A stretch of DNA of 64,000 bases from Anaeromyxobacter sp. Lineage in GTDB: Bacteria > Myxococcota > Myxococcia > Myxococcales > Anaeromyxobacteraceae. The stretch is from the NCBI GenBank assembly GCA_049840735.1, contig JASGJN010000020.1, positions 128,001 through 192,000 on the forward strand. Reading direction: 5' to 3'. Of this stretch, positions 20,452 through 31,353 are shown in pieces; within the stretch, counting starts at the first letter, position 1, and each line of letters starts with the position of its first letter. The notes beneath the pieces were generated by a model, which worked only from the letters and a program-made list of their open reading frames with translations, was not told the origin of the DNA and did not search any database. A program made the position numbers and the translations under genes.

Positions 20452-22047
20452 CTACCCGCTCCCGGCGGCCCACACCACCTCGCCCGCGACCACCGTGGCC
20501 GTGACCGGCACGCGCGGCAGGGCCTCCGCCTCGACCGCCAGCAGGTCCTGGCCCAGCAGCGTCAGGTCGGCCTCCAGCCCCTCGCGGATCACCCCGCGCC
20601 GGTCCTCGGCGAAGGCGGCGCGGGCCGCACCGGAGGTGAAGGCGCGGAGCGCCTCCAGCCGCCCCAGCCGCTCCTCAGGCGAGAAGGCCCGGCCGTCCGG
20701 GCCGCGCCGCTCTTCGGCGGCCAGCAGGCCGAGCCGCGGATCGGGCGACTCGATGGGGAAGTCCGAGCCGAAGGCCAGCGGCACCCCGGCCGCCGCGGTG
20801 GAGCGCCAGGCGTAGGCCCCGCGCAGCCGCGCCGTCCCCTCCCCCAGCCGCGCCGGGAACCAGCCCGCGTCGGAGGTGGCGTGGGTGGGCTGCATGGAGG
20901 CGATGGCGCCGGAGGCGGCCAGGCGCGGGAGGTCGCCAGGCTGCACGATCTGCAGGTGCTCGAGGCGCGGCCGCAGCGCGCGCAGCGCCGGCCCTGCGGC
21001 CAGGAAGGCCTCGATCACCTCGCGGTTGGCGCGGTCGCCGATGGCGTGCACCGCCGGCTGCAGCCCCGCCTCCACCACCGCCGCCAGCTTCTCGCGCAGG
21101 AGCGCCGGCTCGGTCAGCAGGAGCCCGCGGTTGCCCGGGTCGTCGGCGTAGTCCTCCAGCAGCGCCGCGCCGCGGCTGCCCAGGGCGCCGTCGGCGAAGA
21201 GCTTCACCGCCCGGATCTCCAGCCGCCCCAGGGCGAAGCCACCGCGCCAGCGCGCCAGCTCCGCCCGCAGCGCCGGCAGCGGCGGGTCACCCAGGATCAT
21301 GGCGTAGACGCGCAGCGGCAGCCGCCCGGCCTCGGCCAGGCCGCGCAGCACGTCCAGCACCTCCGGCTCGCAGCCGGCGTCGTGCACGGCGGTCAGCCCC
21401 AGCCCGGCCAGCTCCTGCAGCGCGGCCAGGATGGCCTCCTCGAGCTCGGCCGCGGTGGGCCGCGGCATGGCCTGGAGGGCCAGCGCCATGGCGGAGTCCA
21501 CCAGGATCCCGGTGGCCCGGCCGGCCGCGTCGCGGTGGATCCTGCCACCCGGCGGGTCGGGCGTGCCGTCGCCGATCCCGGCCGCCGCCAGCGCGGCCCG
21601 GTTCACCCAGGCGGCGTGGCCGTCCACCCGCGTGAGGAAGGCCGGGTGGCCCGGGACCGCGGCCGAGAGCAGGTCGGCGTCCGGGAAGGCGCCGCCCGGC
21701 CAGCGGTTCTGGTCCCAGCCGCCCCCCCGCACCCAGCGGCCAGCCGGGAGCGTCCGCGCCCGGGCGGCAGCGCGCGCCGCGCAGGCCGCGGCGTCCTCGG
21801 CCCCGGCGCAGGCCACCTCGAGCCGCGCGCGGCCGTGCCAGGCCACGTGGCCGTGCGCGTCCACCAGCCCGGGCACTGCGCAGCCGGCGCCCAGGTCGAT
21901 GCGCCGGGCTCCGGGCCCAGCCGCGCCCGCGCAGGCCTCGCGATCGCCCACCGCCGCGATGCGGCCGTCGCGGACCACCACCGCCTCCGCTCGCGGCCGG
22001 GAGGGGTCGAGGGTGTGGATGGTGCCGGTGACGAGCAGGTCGGGCAT
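20452..22047 (-). CDS. YtcJ-like amidohydrolase (Amidohydro_3)
   Basis: PGLVDAHGH, RVDGHAAWVN, VKLFADGALGSRGA, HAIGDRA, RLEHLQ, FGSDFP. Confidence 0.92.
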   Translation of the reverse strand: MPDLLVTGTIHTLDPSRPRAEAVVVRDGRIAAVGDREACAGAAGPGARRIDLGAGCAVPGLVDAHGHVAWHGRARLEVACAGAEDAAACAARAAARARTLPAGRWVRGGGWDQNRWPGGAFPDADLLSAAVPGHPAFLTRVDGHAAWVNRAALAAAGIGDGTPDPPGGRIHRDAAGRATGILVDSAMALALQAMPRPTAAELEEAILAALQELAGLGLTAVHDAGCEPEVLDVLRGLAEAGRLPLRVYAMILGDPPLPALRAELARWRGGFALGRLEIRAVKLFADGALGSRGAALLEDYADDPGNRGLLLTEPALLREKLAAVVEAGLQPAVHAIGDRANREVIEAFLAAGPALRALRPRLEHLQIVQPGDLPRLAASGAIASMQPTHATSDAGWFPARLGEGTARLRGAYAWRSTAAAGVPLAFGSDFPIESPDPRLGLLAAEERRGPDGRAFSPEERLGRLEALRAFTSGAARAAFAEDRRGVIREGLEADLTLLGQDLLAVEAEALPRVPVTATVVAGEVVWAAGSG

Positions 22048-22064
22048 GGGCGTGCGCCTTCCCT

Positions 22065-22138
22065 GCCCTTCGACTCCGCCTGTCCTGAGCGTAACACCCG
22101 CGCAGCGGGTGCGGAGTCGAAGGACTCAGGGCGAACGG
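22065..22138 (-). repeat. Nested REP-like repeat (inverted unit inside another unit)
   Basis: GCCCTTCGACTCCGCCTG[TCCTGAGCGTAA-CACCCGC-GCA-GCGGGTG-CGGAGTCGAAGGA]CTCAGGGCGAACGG. Confidence 0.85.
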
Positions 22139-22164
22139 GGGTGTAGCGCCCCCAGGCCTTGCTG

Positions 22165-23382
22165 TCACGCCGCCCGCGGCGCCTCCGGCGGCGCCGATCG
22201 GGCCGTCCGCTCCCAGGCCGCCCGCTGCGAGCCCCGCAGGAAGCGCCAGGCGCCCACCGCCAGCGCCGCGTTGAGCGCCACGAAGTGCCAGGCCAGCCCG
22301 GCCGCGCGCCGCAGCCGCCGCGGGGCCGCGCCGCGCCAGCCCAACCAGGCCAGCCCGTAGAAGGCCAGCTGCGCCGCCAGCGCCAGCCGGTGGCCCCAGG
22401 CGCCGGGGGCGCCCGCCAGCGTGCAGGAGGCCAGGAAGCCGCTCACCAGCAGGAACGGCGTCACCCACCGCAGCAGCTTGTGCGAGACGAAGGCGAACCA
22501 GGGGAACCCTGAGCGCGGGTCGAGCAGCCCGGGCACGCGCGCCAGCGACTGCCAGTTGCCGGCCCCGATGCGCGCGCGGCGCCCGAACTCGAGGGCGGTG
22601 TCCCCCGCCAGCTCCTCGTGCCCAACCGCCTCAGGCTCGAACGGCACCCTCCAGCCGCGGGCGGCCACGCGCGCAGGCACCACGAAGTCGTCGGTCACGG
22701 TGTCCGGCTCGAGCGGCGAGAAGAGGATCCGGCGCACAGCGTAGAGCCCGCCGTTCGCGCCCAGCACCGCCTTCCAGCGGCCCTCCAGGTGCTTGAGGGC
22801 CGTCTCGTAGCGCCAGTAGAGCCCCTCCTCCTGGCCGCCGGCGGCAGCGCCCGGCCGGTAGAGCCGGAGCCGGCCCACCACCGCCCCCACGGCAGGGTCG
22901 GCGAAGCGCCGCGCCAGCGCCTTCACCGCGCCGCGGTCCAGCAGCACGTTCGCGTCGGTGAGCACCACCAGCTCACCCGCCGCGGCCGGCACCAGCCGCG
23001 AGAGCATGGCGGCCTTGCCGGCGCGCGGGAACTGCTCCACCACCGTCACGCGCGCGCCGCCCGCCTCGCGGGCCAGCGCCGCGGTCCGGTCGCTGCAGCC
23101 GTCGCAGCCCACCACCACCTCGAGCCGATCGGGCGGGTAGTCGAGCGCCAGGCAGTTCTGCACCTTGGCCCGGATCCAGCGCTCCTCGTCGAAGGCCGAG
23201 AAGACCAGCGTCACGCGCGGCCAGGGCACCTGCTCCTGCCGGCCGCGCCGGTCCAGCCCCCCGGCGGCGAACCGCAGCGCCCCGAGCGCGGCCCGGACCG
23301 CCTCGGCGACCAGGAGGACCAGCGGGTACCCCAGGTAGCTGAAGCCGATCAGCCCGAACGAGAGCCAGAAGAGCAGCGACAT
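22165..23382 (-). CDS. GT2 glycosyltransferase (CESA-like/PgaC-like)
   Basis: DGCSD, GKA, TDAN, TDDF and RRARI motifs with flanking TM segments. Confidence 0.88.
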   Translation of the reverse strand: MSLLFWLSFGLIGFSYLGYPLVLLVAEAVRAALGALRFAAGGLDRRGRQEQVPWPRVTLVFSAFDEERWIRAKVQNCLALDYPPDRLEVVVGCDGCSDRTAALAREAGGARVTVVEQFPRAGKAAMLSRLVPAAAGELVVLTDANVLLDRGAVKALARRFADPAVGAVVGRLRLYRPGAAAGGQEEGLYWRYETALKHLEGRWKAVLGANGGLYAVRRILFSPLEPDTVTDDFVVPARVAARGWRVPFEPEAVGHEELAGDTALEFGRRARIGAGNWQSLARVPGLLDPRSGFPWFAFVSHKLLRWVTPFLLVSGFLASCTLAGAPGAWGHRLALAAQLAFYGLAWLGWRGAAPRRLRRAAGLAWHFVALNAALAVGAWRFLRGSQRAAWERTARSAPPEAPRAA

Positions 23383-23433
23383 GGCCCGCCCCGTCCAGCA
23401 ACGGGCGGGCCAGCGGCTGCGGCGGCGGGCGGG

Positions 23434-24992
23434 CTAAGGCAGGGCGTCGAGGTTGGGTTGCTTGATCTCGTTCCCGACCGGCTCGGCCTCCGGCACGGGG
23501 GCGGCCACGGGGCCGCTGTGCGGCGCGGGCCGGGGCGGATCGATGGCCACCGCGGGCACCGGCTGGGCCCCGTCGGCGGCGCTCGTGGCGGCGGACACGG
23601 CCGCCGGCGCGGGGACTGCGCCGGGCGGTGCCGTCACCTGCCCGGAGGCCGGCGCCGGCGTGGGCTCACGCGCGGGGATGGCGGCGGTGGCGCCAGCAGG
23701 GGCAACCGGGTTCCGCGCCGGGGGCGGCGGTTTCGCCACTGCGGCCGGAGGGGGCTCGCCCGGCACGGGGCAGCCCAGCTCGGCCCGCAGCGCCGTCCCG
23801 CCCTCGTGGCGAGGGTTGGCCGCCAGCAGGGCGTCGAGCGTGGCCAGCGCCTCGGCGCGGCGCCCCAGCGACGCCTGGCTGCGCGCCAGCAGGTAGCGGG
23901 CCCGGAGCAGGTCGGGGTGGCGCGAGGCGATGCTGGCGAGGGCCGTGGCGGCCTCGCCATGGGCGGGCTGCGCCTCGGCCAGGGCCACCCAGCCATCCTC
24001 CACGCCGCCGGCGCGGGCCGCCGCGGCCTGCTGCGACAGCACCGCGGCGTTGCCCTCCTGGGCAGCCAGGAGCGCCCGCGCACGGGCGATCTCCTGCCGG
24101 CCCGGGCCGGAGGGATCGAGCTGGTCCAGCGCCTGGCGCGCCCCGGCGCGGAGCGACCGGGCGCGGGCTTCCAGGGCCTCGGCCCGCGCGGCGAGCGCGT
24201 CGGCCTCGGCGGCAGCGGCCGCGCCCGGATCGGCCGGGGCCGGAGGCGGCGCGGCGCCGGGCCGCTGCGGCGCGGGGGGAGGAGCGGCCGCACGGAGCCG
24301 GTCGCGGTCGGCCACCCGCAGCGCGGCGGTGGCGCGGAGGCCGTCGGCATCGATGAGCAGGCCGCCTGCCCGCACCACCTCCACCAGCGCGCGGTCGGCG
24401 GCGATCCCGTCCTGGTTGGGCGCGCCCTTCAGCGCCGCGTCCAGCCGGGCCGCGGCGCGATCCAGGCTCTGCGCATCATCCAGCGCCAGCGCGGCGAGCC
24501 CTTCCTGGCGCGCGCGGAGCACCGCCGGGTCGATGCGCGGCGGCGCGGTCAGGAGCCACCAGGTGCCGCCGGCGACCGCGGCCAGGGCGGCCACCAGCAC
24601 CGGGGCGAGCCACTTCATCCGGGCGCTGCGCCGCAACCGGCCCTCGAACGTCCCATCACATCGCGCTTGAGCGCGGCGGGGCGCGACACCGCCGGGGCGC
24701 TGGGCGCAGGGCGGTAGACGGCCGGACCGCTGCGCGGCGCGGCCCGGGGGGCAGGCTGCTGCGCGGCGGCGAAGGTCGCGGCGGGGGCCGGCGCGGCGGG
24801 CGCAGGCGGCGGCTCGGCTGCGGGAGCAGGCGCTGCGGGCTCGACCGCGGGGGCGGCCGCGGCCGCGGGCTCACCCGCACGAACAGTGAACACATGCTGG
24901 CACCGCGCGCACTGCACCTCGGAGCCTTCCGGCGCCAGCAGCGTCTCGTCCAGCTCGTACTGCGTCCCGCACTGCTCACACCCGATGACCAC
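23434..24992 (-). CDS. MJ0042-type zinc-ribbon/TM/TPR-like protein; -1 frameshift at about 24652
   Basis: CEQCGTQY..VQCARCQHVF, Pro/Ala linker, TM segment, helical repeats; one extra base at ATGGG-ACG gives ..VMGTFEGRLRRSARMKWL. Confidence 0.7.
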
Positions 24993-25046
24993 GCGCGAAA
25001 CCCTCCATCCCCGCGGACACAGCGTACCGCGGGGCGGGCCGCATCG

Positions 25047-25448
25047 CTACCTGGCGGGGTGTACGTCCAGGAAGGCACGCGCGCGCTCGAGCCTGCGCGG
25101 GCCGATGCCGGAGACGCGGAGCAGGTCGTCCACCGAGCCGAACGGACCGTTCTGCTCCCGATCGGCCACCACCGCCGCGCCGAGCGAGCGGCTGAGCCCC
25201 GGCACGGAGGCCAGCTCCTCGGCCGCGGCCAGGTTGGGATCGACCGGCAGCCCGAGCACCAGCCGCTCCGACTGGGTCAGTCCGCGCCGCGGACCAGGGT
25301 CCGCCGCGCAGCCCATCCAGTGGCGCGGCGGCACCCCGCGCCCCTCCGGCCGGCAGGCGATATCGGGCGCAAGCGCCCGCCGTCCCCGCAGCGCTGCGGG
25401 GAGGAGGACGATGGAGAGCAGGAGGAGCAGCGCGGCGCGGCGGACCAT
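25047..25448 (-). CDS. ComEA-like helix-hairpin-helix DNA-binding protein
   Basis: VDPNLAAAEELASVPGL..NGPFGSVDDLLRVSGIGP. Confidence 0.85.
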   Translation of the reverse strand: MVRRAALLLLLSIVLLPAALRGRRALAPDIACRPEGRGVPPRHWMGCAADPGPRRGLTQSERLVLGLPVDPNLAAAEELASVPGLSRSLGAAVVADREQNGPFGSVDDLLRVSGIGPRRLERARAFLDVHPAR

Positions 25449-25481
25449 GCCGCGCTGCGTAGCAAGGGATGGGCCGTCCTG

Positions 25482-25553
25482 TTCGCGGTTCGACAGGCTC
25501 ACCGCGAAACGGTCCCTGCTCCGCTCGCCCTGAGCCTGTCGAAGGGCGAGCGG
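25482..25553. repeat. Pair of short REP-like units in opposite orientation
   Basis: TTCGCGGT-TCGACAGGCTC-ACCGCGAA (25482-25512) and CCGCTCGCCCT-GAGCCTGTCGA-AGGGCGAGCGG (25521-25553). Confidence 0.85.
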
Positions 25554-25573
25554 TGCTGACCGGGCCGCGCCCG

Positions 25574-26791
25574 CTACTTCTTGTCCAGCCCGAACGCGGT
25601 GTGCAGCTCGCGGACCGCCAGCTCCATGAACTTGGCCGCGATGACCATGGAGACCTTGATCTCGGAGGTGGAGATCATCTCGAGGTTGATGCCGGCGTTG
25701 GCCAGCACCTCGAAGGCCTTGGACGCGACGCCGGCGTGGTTGCGCATGCCGACGCCGACGATGGAGACCTTGGCGATCTGGTCGTCGGTCTCGATCTTCT
25801 CCGTGCCCAGCTCGGCCGAGAGGCCGCGGACGATCTCCAGCGCCTTGGCCAGGTCGGCCTTGGGGACGGTGAAGCTGACGTCCGCGTGGCCGGAGGTGCC
25901 CATGTTCTGGATGATCAGGTCGACGATGATGTTGGCGTCGGCGAGCGGCTTGAAGATCCGCGCCGCCACGCCGGGCCTGTCCGCGACGCCGCGGACGGCC
26001 ACCTTGGCCTCGTTGCGATCGTAGGCGATTCCGCTGACGACGACGTGCTCCATGCTCGGGTCCTCCGGGCAGACCAGCGTGCCGGGATCCTGGGTGAAGG
26101 AGGACTTCACCCAGAGAGGAACGTTGTACTTCATGGCGAACTCGACAGACCGGATCTGCAGCACCTTGGCCCCGGCGCCGGCCAGCTCCAGCATCTCCTC
26201 GTAGGAGATCTTGTCGAGCTTGCGGGCCTCGGGGACGACGTTGGGATCGGTGGTGTAGACGCCGTCCACGTCGGTGTAGATCTCGCAGGCGTCGGCGTCG
26301 ATGGCCGCCGCGACCGCCACCGCGGTGGTGTCGGAGCCGCCGCGGCCGAGGGTGGTGATGTTCCCCTCCTCGTCCTCGCCCTGGAAGCCGGCCACCACCG
26401 CGATCTCGCCCCGCTTCAGCGCCTGGGTGAGCTTGTCGCAGTCGATCGACATGATGCGCGCCTTCGAGAAGGCGCTGTCGGTCAGGATGCGGACCTGCGG
26501 GCCGGTGAAGGAGCGGGCCTTGCCGCCCAGCCCCTGGATGGCCAGCGCGCACAGGCCGATGGTGACCTGCTCGCCGGTGGCGGCGACCACGTCCTGCTCG
26601 CGCTCGTCCGGGCGCTCGGAGAGCGCCTGGGCCATCTTGAGGAGCCGGTTGGTCTCGCCGGACATGGCCGAGACGACCACCACGATGTCGTTCCCGGCGG
26701 CTTGGGCCGCGAGGGCGCGGCGGGCGACGTTCTTGATCCGCTCGACGTCGCCGACCGAGGTGCCGCCGTACTTCTGGACGATGAGGGCCAC
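25574..26791 (-). CDS. lysC: Aspartate kinase
   Basis: [45 protein letters not shown] domains ISTSEIKVS. Confidence 0.96.
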   Translation of the reverse strand: MALIVQKYGGTSVGDVERIKNVARRALAAQAAGNDIVVVVSAMSGETNRLLKMAQALSERPDEREQDVVAATGEQVTIGLCALAIQGLGGKARSFTGPQVRILTDSAFSKARIMSIDCDKLTQALKRGEIAVVAGFQGEDEEGNITTLGRGGSDTTAVAVAAAIDADACEIYTDVDGVYTTDPNVVPEARKLDKISYEEMLELAGAGAKVLQIRSVEFAMKYNVPLWVKSSFTQDPGTLVCPEDPSMEHVVVSGIAYDRNEAKVAVRGVADRPGVAARIFKPLADANIIVDLIIQNMGTSGHADVSFTVPKADLAKALEIVRGLSAELGTEKIETDDQIAKVSIVGVGMRNHAGVASKAFEVLANAGINLEMISTSEIKVSMVIAAKFMELAVRELHTAFGLDKK

Positions 26792-26929
26792 TCCCGGGCC
26801 TCCCTGCCTGATAAGGTTTGGGAAATCGGAGCCGGTCAGTGTAGGGAACGGCCCGGAGATATCGTCAACGGAACCCGCGGCGCGGCCGCCACTTCGGCTG
26901 CCGCGCGTCCGGGGCGCGCGGAGGCGCAC

Positions 26930-28451
26930 ATGCACCACGTCCTGCTCGACGGCGACACGCTGACGCTGGAGGAGGTCCGGTCGGTCGCCGACGGCGAGGC
27001 GAGGGCCGAGCTCTCGCCGCAGGCGCGCGACAAGGTGCGGCGCGCCCGCGCGCTGGTGGAGGCCCGGCTGGCCGACGGCGAGCCGCACTACGGCATCAAC
27101 ACCGGGTTCGGCACGCTGGCCGAGGTGCGCATCCCGCGGGAGGAGCTGGAGCGGCTGCAGCGCAACCTGGTCCTCTCCCACGCGGCGGGCGTGGGGCAGC
27201 CGCTGCCGCTGCGCGAGGCCCGGGCGCTCATGCTGCTGCGCGCCAACGTGCTGGCCAAGGGCATCTCCGGCATCCGCGAGGAGACGCTGCAGCTGCTCAT
27301 CCAGATGATCGACCGCGGCGTGGTGCCGGTGGTCCCCGAGCGCGGCTCGGTGGGTGCCTCCGGCGACCTGGCGCCGCTGGCCCACCTGGCCCTGGTGCTG
27401 ATCGGCGAGGGCGAGGCCTTCCTCGCGCCGCCGGGGCAGGCGCCGGAGCGGCTCCCCTCGCGCGAGGCGCTGCGCCGCGCCGGGCTCGCGCCGGTGGTGC
27501 TCCAGGCCAAGGAAGGGCTGGCGCTGGTGAACGGCACCCAGGCCATGGCGGCGGTGGGGACGCTGGCGCTGCTCCGCGCGGAGCGGCTGGCGGCGCTGGC
27601 CGACCTGGCCGGCGCCATGACGCTGGAGGGGCTGCTGGGCTCGCACCGCCCCTTCATCCCGGAGATCCAGGCGGCCCGCGGCCAGCCCGGCCAGCTGCTG
27701 GCGGCCGCCCACCTGCGCGAGCTGCTGGCCGGCTCCGAGCTCAACGCCTCGCACCAGGGGCCGGACTGCCACAAGGTGCAGGACCCCTACTCGCTCCGCT
27801 GCATGCCGCAGGTGCACGGCGCCGCGCGCGACGGCATCGGCTTCTGCCGCCAGGTGCTGGTGCGCGAGGTCAACGCGGCCACCGACAACCCGCTGGTCTT
27901 CCCGGACACGGGCGAGATTGTGTCGGGCGGCAACTTCCACGGCCAGCCGGTTCTCGCTGGGCCTGGACGTGCTGGCCATCGCCGTCTCGCACCTGGCGGC
28001 CATCTCCGAGCGGCGGGTGGAGCAGCTGGTGAACCCGTCCCTCTCCGGCCTGCCGCCGTTCCTGGCCCCGCGCCACGGCCTCAACTCCGGGTTCATGATC
28101 GCCCAGGTCACCAGCGCGGCGCTGGTCTCGGAGAACAAGGTGCTCTGCCACCCGGCCTCGGTGGACTCCATCCCCTCCTCGGCCGGTCGCGAGGACCACG
28201 TCTCGATGGGCATGACCGCGGCGCTCAAGGCGCGCCAGGTGATCGAGAACGTCCGCACCTGCCTGGCCATCGAGCTGCTGGTGGCGAGCCAGGCCCTGGA
28301 CCTGCGCGCGCCGCTCAAGCCGGCGGTGCGGGTGGGCCAGGCCCACGCGCGGATCCGCGCCGTGGTCCCGCACCTCTCCGAGGATCGCGAGCTCCACCGG
28401 GACATCGAGGCGGTGGCCCGGCTGGTGGACGAGGGGGCGCTGGAGGGCTAA
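26930..28451 (+). CDS. hutH: Histidine ammonia-lyase; +1 frameshift at about 27951
   Basis: [11 protein letters not shown] motif [42 protein letters not shown]. Confidence 0.93.
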
Positions 28452-28501
28452 GGGCTGACCGGATCCGTGGTGGCCTCGTCTCGACACCCCGCAAGACGTC
28501 G

Positions 28502-29596
28502 CTACCCCAGCGCCGCCACCGCCAACTTCACCGCCCGGCGCAGCCCGGCGAAGCGGAGCCGGGGCAGCGCCTCCTCCGGCGTGAGCCAGGCGTGGGCGTC
28601 GTGCTCGGCCGAGAGCCGCGGCTCGAAGCCGGCCGGGAGTCGGGCCGCGAAGGCCTCCTCCTCCACCACCGCCACCGTGCCGGGGCGGACCCGGTTCACC
28701 TCGGGGTCGAGCGCGAAGCCGTGGCGGTAGCCGAGCGGCACCACCTCCGCCGCCGCGCCGGTTTCCTCGGCCAGCTCGCGGCGGGCCGCGGCCGCCGGCG
28801 CCTCGCCCGGCTCGATGCGGCCGGTCACCGGCTGCCAGAAGCCGCCGCGCTCGGCCGACCGGCGGAGCAGCAGCACCCGCCCGTCGGCGCGCACGCCCAC
28901 CGTCGAGATGGTGCGCAGGTCGGCGCCGGCGTCGGCGCGCGCCCGCCCCAGCGCCTCGGCGGTGTGCCGGGCCAGCTGGTCCTCGACCTCGGACATGGCG
29001 GCATGGGCTTCCCGGCGCGGGCCAGCTCCTGCTCCAGGCTGGTGACGCCCAGCAGCGGGTCGGCGATGCCGCAGGGGACGATCACCTGGAAGTGCAGCAG
29101 GTCCGGGCGGGCGTTGAAGGCGAAGCCGTGCGAGGTCACCCAGCGCGACAGGTGCACGCCCACCGCCCCGATCTTGCGCGGCCCCACCCAGCAGCCGCGG
29201 TGCTCGGGGTGGCGGCCGGCCTCGAGGCCGTGATCCGCGCAGGTGCGGATCATGGCCTCCTCGAGCGCCGCCACGTAGCGGCGCACGTCCGGCCGATCCG
29301 AGAGGTCCACCACGGGATAGCCGACGATCTCGGCCGGGCCCGTGGTAGGTCACGTCCCCGCCGCGGTCGGTGGGGTGGATCTCGAACCCCTGCTGCTCCA
29401 GCCAGGCCGGCGCCGCGATGATGTGCGTGCGGTTGGCCGCCCGCCCCAGCGTCAGGACGGGCGGGTGCTCGAGCAGGAAGAGGAAATCGGTGAGCGGCGG
29501 CGAGCCGGCGCGGACCGCCTCCCCGCCCAGCCGCATGAGCGAGAGCCCGTCCTCGTACTCGACCCGGCCCAGCCGGTAGGTCCGCAGGGTGCGCAC
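28502..29596 (-). CDS. lipB: Octanoyltransferase LipB fused to a C-terminal Nudix hydrolase; compensating +1 (about 29331) and -1 (about 29000) indels
   Basis: [44 protein letters not shown]; Nudix box [22 protein letters not shown]. Confidence 0.85.
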   Translation of the reverse strand: MRTLRTYRLGRVEYEDGLSLMRLGGEAVRAGSPPLTDFLFLLEHPPVLTLGRAANRTHIIAAPAWLEQQGFEIHPTDRGGDVTYHGPGRDRRLSRGGPLGSAGRAPLRGGARGGHDPHLRGSRPRGRPPPRAPRLLGGAAQDRGGGRAPVALGDLARLRLQRPPGPAALPGDRPLRHRRPAAGRHQPGAGAGPRREAHAAMSEVEDQLARHTAEALGRARADAGADLRTISTVGVRADGRVLLLRRSAERGGFWQPVTGRIEPGEAPAAAARRELAEETGAAAEVVPLGYRHGFALDPEVNRVRPGTVAVVEEEAFAARLPAGFEPRLSAEHDAHAWLTPEEALPRLRFAGLRRAVKLAVAALG

Positions 29597-29613
29597 CGTT
29601 CGTTCTCTCCGCG

Positions 29614-29773
29614 CCCGTTCACCCTTCGACTTCGGGCCCGGCATGGCCGGGCCCTACGCTCAGGGCGAACGGGTGTTGCTCGTGCCGAACCTGAACGGAT
29701 CCGTTCGGCCTGAGTCCTTCGACTCCGCGCCGGCTGCGCCGGCGCTACGCTCAGGACAGGCGAAGTCGAAGGC
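29614..29773. repeat. One long REP-like unit (29614-29673) and one nested unit (29701-29773)
   Basis: CCCTTCGACTTCG-hairpin-CTACGCTCAGGGCGAACGG; CCGTTCGGCCTGAG[TCCTTCGACTCCG..CTACGCTCAGGA]CAGGCGAAGTCGAAGGC. Confidence 0.88.
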
Positions 29774-29780
29774 AGGGCTG

Positions 29781-31224
29781 TTACGCCCGCGCCGCCGCCT
29801 CGGCCTTCTTCGGCCGCTCGGGGCGGTTGAGGGCGTGGATGGCCTCGCCCAGCGCCGCCTTGCACGCCTCCATGAAGGCCTCGGCCAGCGTCGGGTGGGC
29901 GTGGATGGTGAGGGCCACGTCCTCGAGGTAGGCGCCCATCTCCAGCGCCAGCGCCCCCTCGGCGATGAGGTCGGAGGCGTCCGGGCCGGCGATGGTCACG
30001 CCCAGCAGCAGCTTCGAGGCGCGGTCGCCGACCACCTTCACGAACCCCTCGGTGTGATCCATGGCGATGGCGCGGCCCAGCGCGCCGAACGCGAACTTGC
30101 CGACGATGGGGTCGTACCCCTGCGCGCGGGCCTCGTCCTCGGAGAGCCCGACGGCCGCGATCTCCGGGTCGGTGAAGATGGCCGCCGGCAGCGCCACCCA
30201 GTCGCGCGCCGACTTGTGCCCGGCGATCACCTCGGCGGCGATCTCGCCCTCCTTGGACGCCTTGTGGGCCAGCAGCGGCGGGCCGCTGATGTCGCCGATG
30301 GCGAAGATGGACGGGACGCTGGAGCGGTACTGCGCGTCCACCTGGATGTAGCCGCGCTGCGTGAGCTTGACGCCCAGCTTGTCCAGCCCCAGCCCCTCGA
30401 CCGACGGGCGGAAGCCCACCGCGACCAGGATCCGGTCGCAGGGGATCTCCGTCTCCTTGCCGTCGATCTCGGCCTTGACCACCAGCTCGGCGCCGCGCTT
30501 CTCGTACCCCTTGGCCTTGGCGTTGACGTGCACGGTCGCGTTGCGCTGCCGGAGCCCCTTCTGCACCAGCCGCGAGGCCTCCGGGTCGATGCCGGTCAGG
30601 ATTTGCGGCAGGGCCTCGAGGAAGGTCACCTGGCAGCCGAGCTTGGCGTACACCGTGCCGAGCTCCATGCCGATGATGCCGCCGCCGATGCAGACCAGCC
30701 GCTTCGGCAGCTCCGGCAGGTCGACCGCCTCGCGGGCGCTCCAGACCTCCTTGCCGTCCATCTTGAAGCCGGGGATCTCAACTGGGCTTGGCGCCGGTGG
30801 CCACGATGAAGGCCGGCGCCTCGACGCGGAGCTTCTCGCCGTCGCCCGCCACCTCGATGGCGTTCGGCCCGACGAAGGTCGCGCTGCCCTTGATGACCTC
30901 GACGCCGTTGCCCTTCTCGAGCGTCCCGACGCCGCCCACCAGCTTCTTCACCACGGCGTTCTTGAACTCGCGCAGCTTGCCGATGTCCACCTTGGGCGCG
31001 TCCACCAGGATGCCGCGGTGGGCCGCGCCCTGGATCTCCTCCACCAGGTTGGCGGCGGCGATGAGCGCCTTGGACGGGATGCAGCCCCAGTTCAGGCAGA
31101 CGCCGCCCAGGTTCTCGCGGTCGACGAGCGCGGTCTTCTTGCCCAGCTGGGCCAGGCGGATGGCGGCGACGTAGCCGCCCGGGCCGGCGCCGATGACGAC
31201 GGCATCGAAGGTCTTGGTGGCCAT
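29781..31224 (-). CDS. lpdA: Dihydrolipoamide dehydrogenase (E3); +1 frameshift at about 30784
   Basis: IGAGPGGY, GGVCLNWGCIPSK, IGGGIIG, LAHKA, HAHPTLAE. Confidence 0.94.
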
Positions 31225-31353
31225 GGTGTGTGCGTCCTCGTGAGGTCCTGCAGATATAACCGCGCGGGTCCCCCCTGCGCCGCGCGGACTGTAGCGGCGG
31301 ACTGTCCCACCGTAAACGCCAAAGGGGGGTCGCTGGCCGCCTGCGACCCTGGG

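Noticed and set aside
26792..26929. Lysine riboswitch upstream of lysC
   Set aside because: The 138-bp gap is shared with divergent hutH, is too short, and shows no recognisable L-box motifs.
25469..29233. Very long alternative-frame or antisense ORFs (for example 1254 aa here, also 9575-12502 and 49833-52430)
   Set aside because: Shadow ORFs from stop-codon scarcity at very high GC, some stitched to real genes by frameshifts; Arg/Gly/Pro-rich with no motifs outside the real gene segments.
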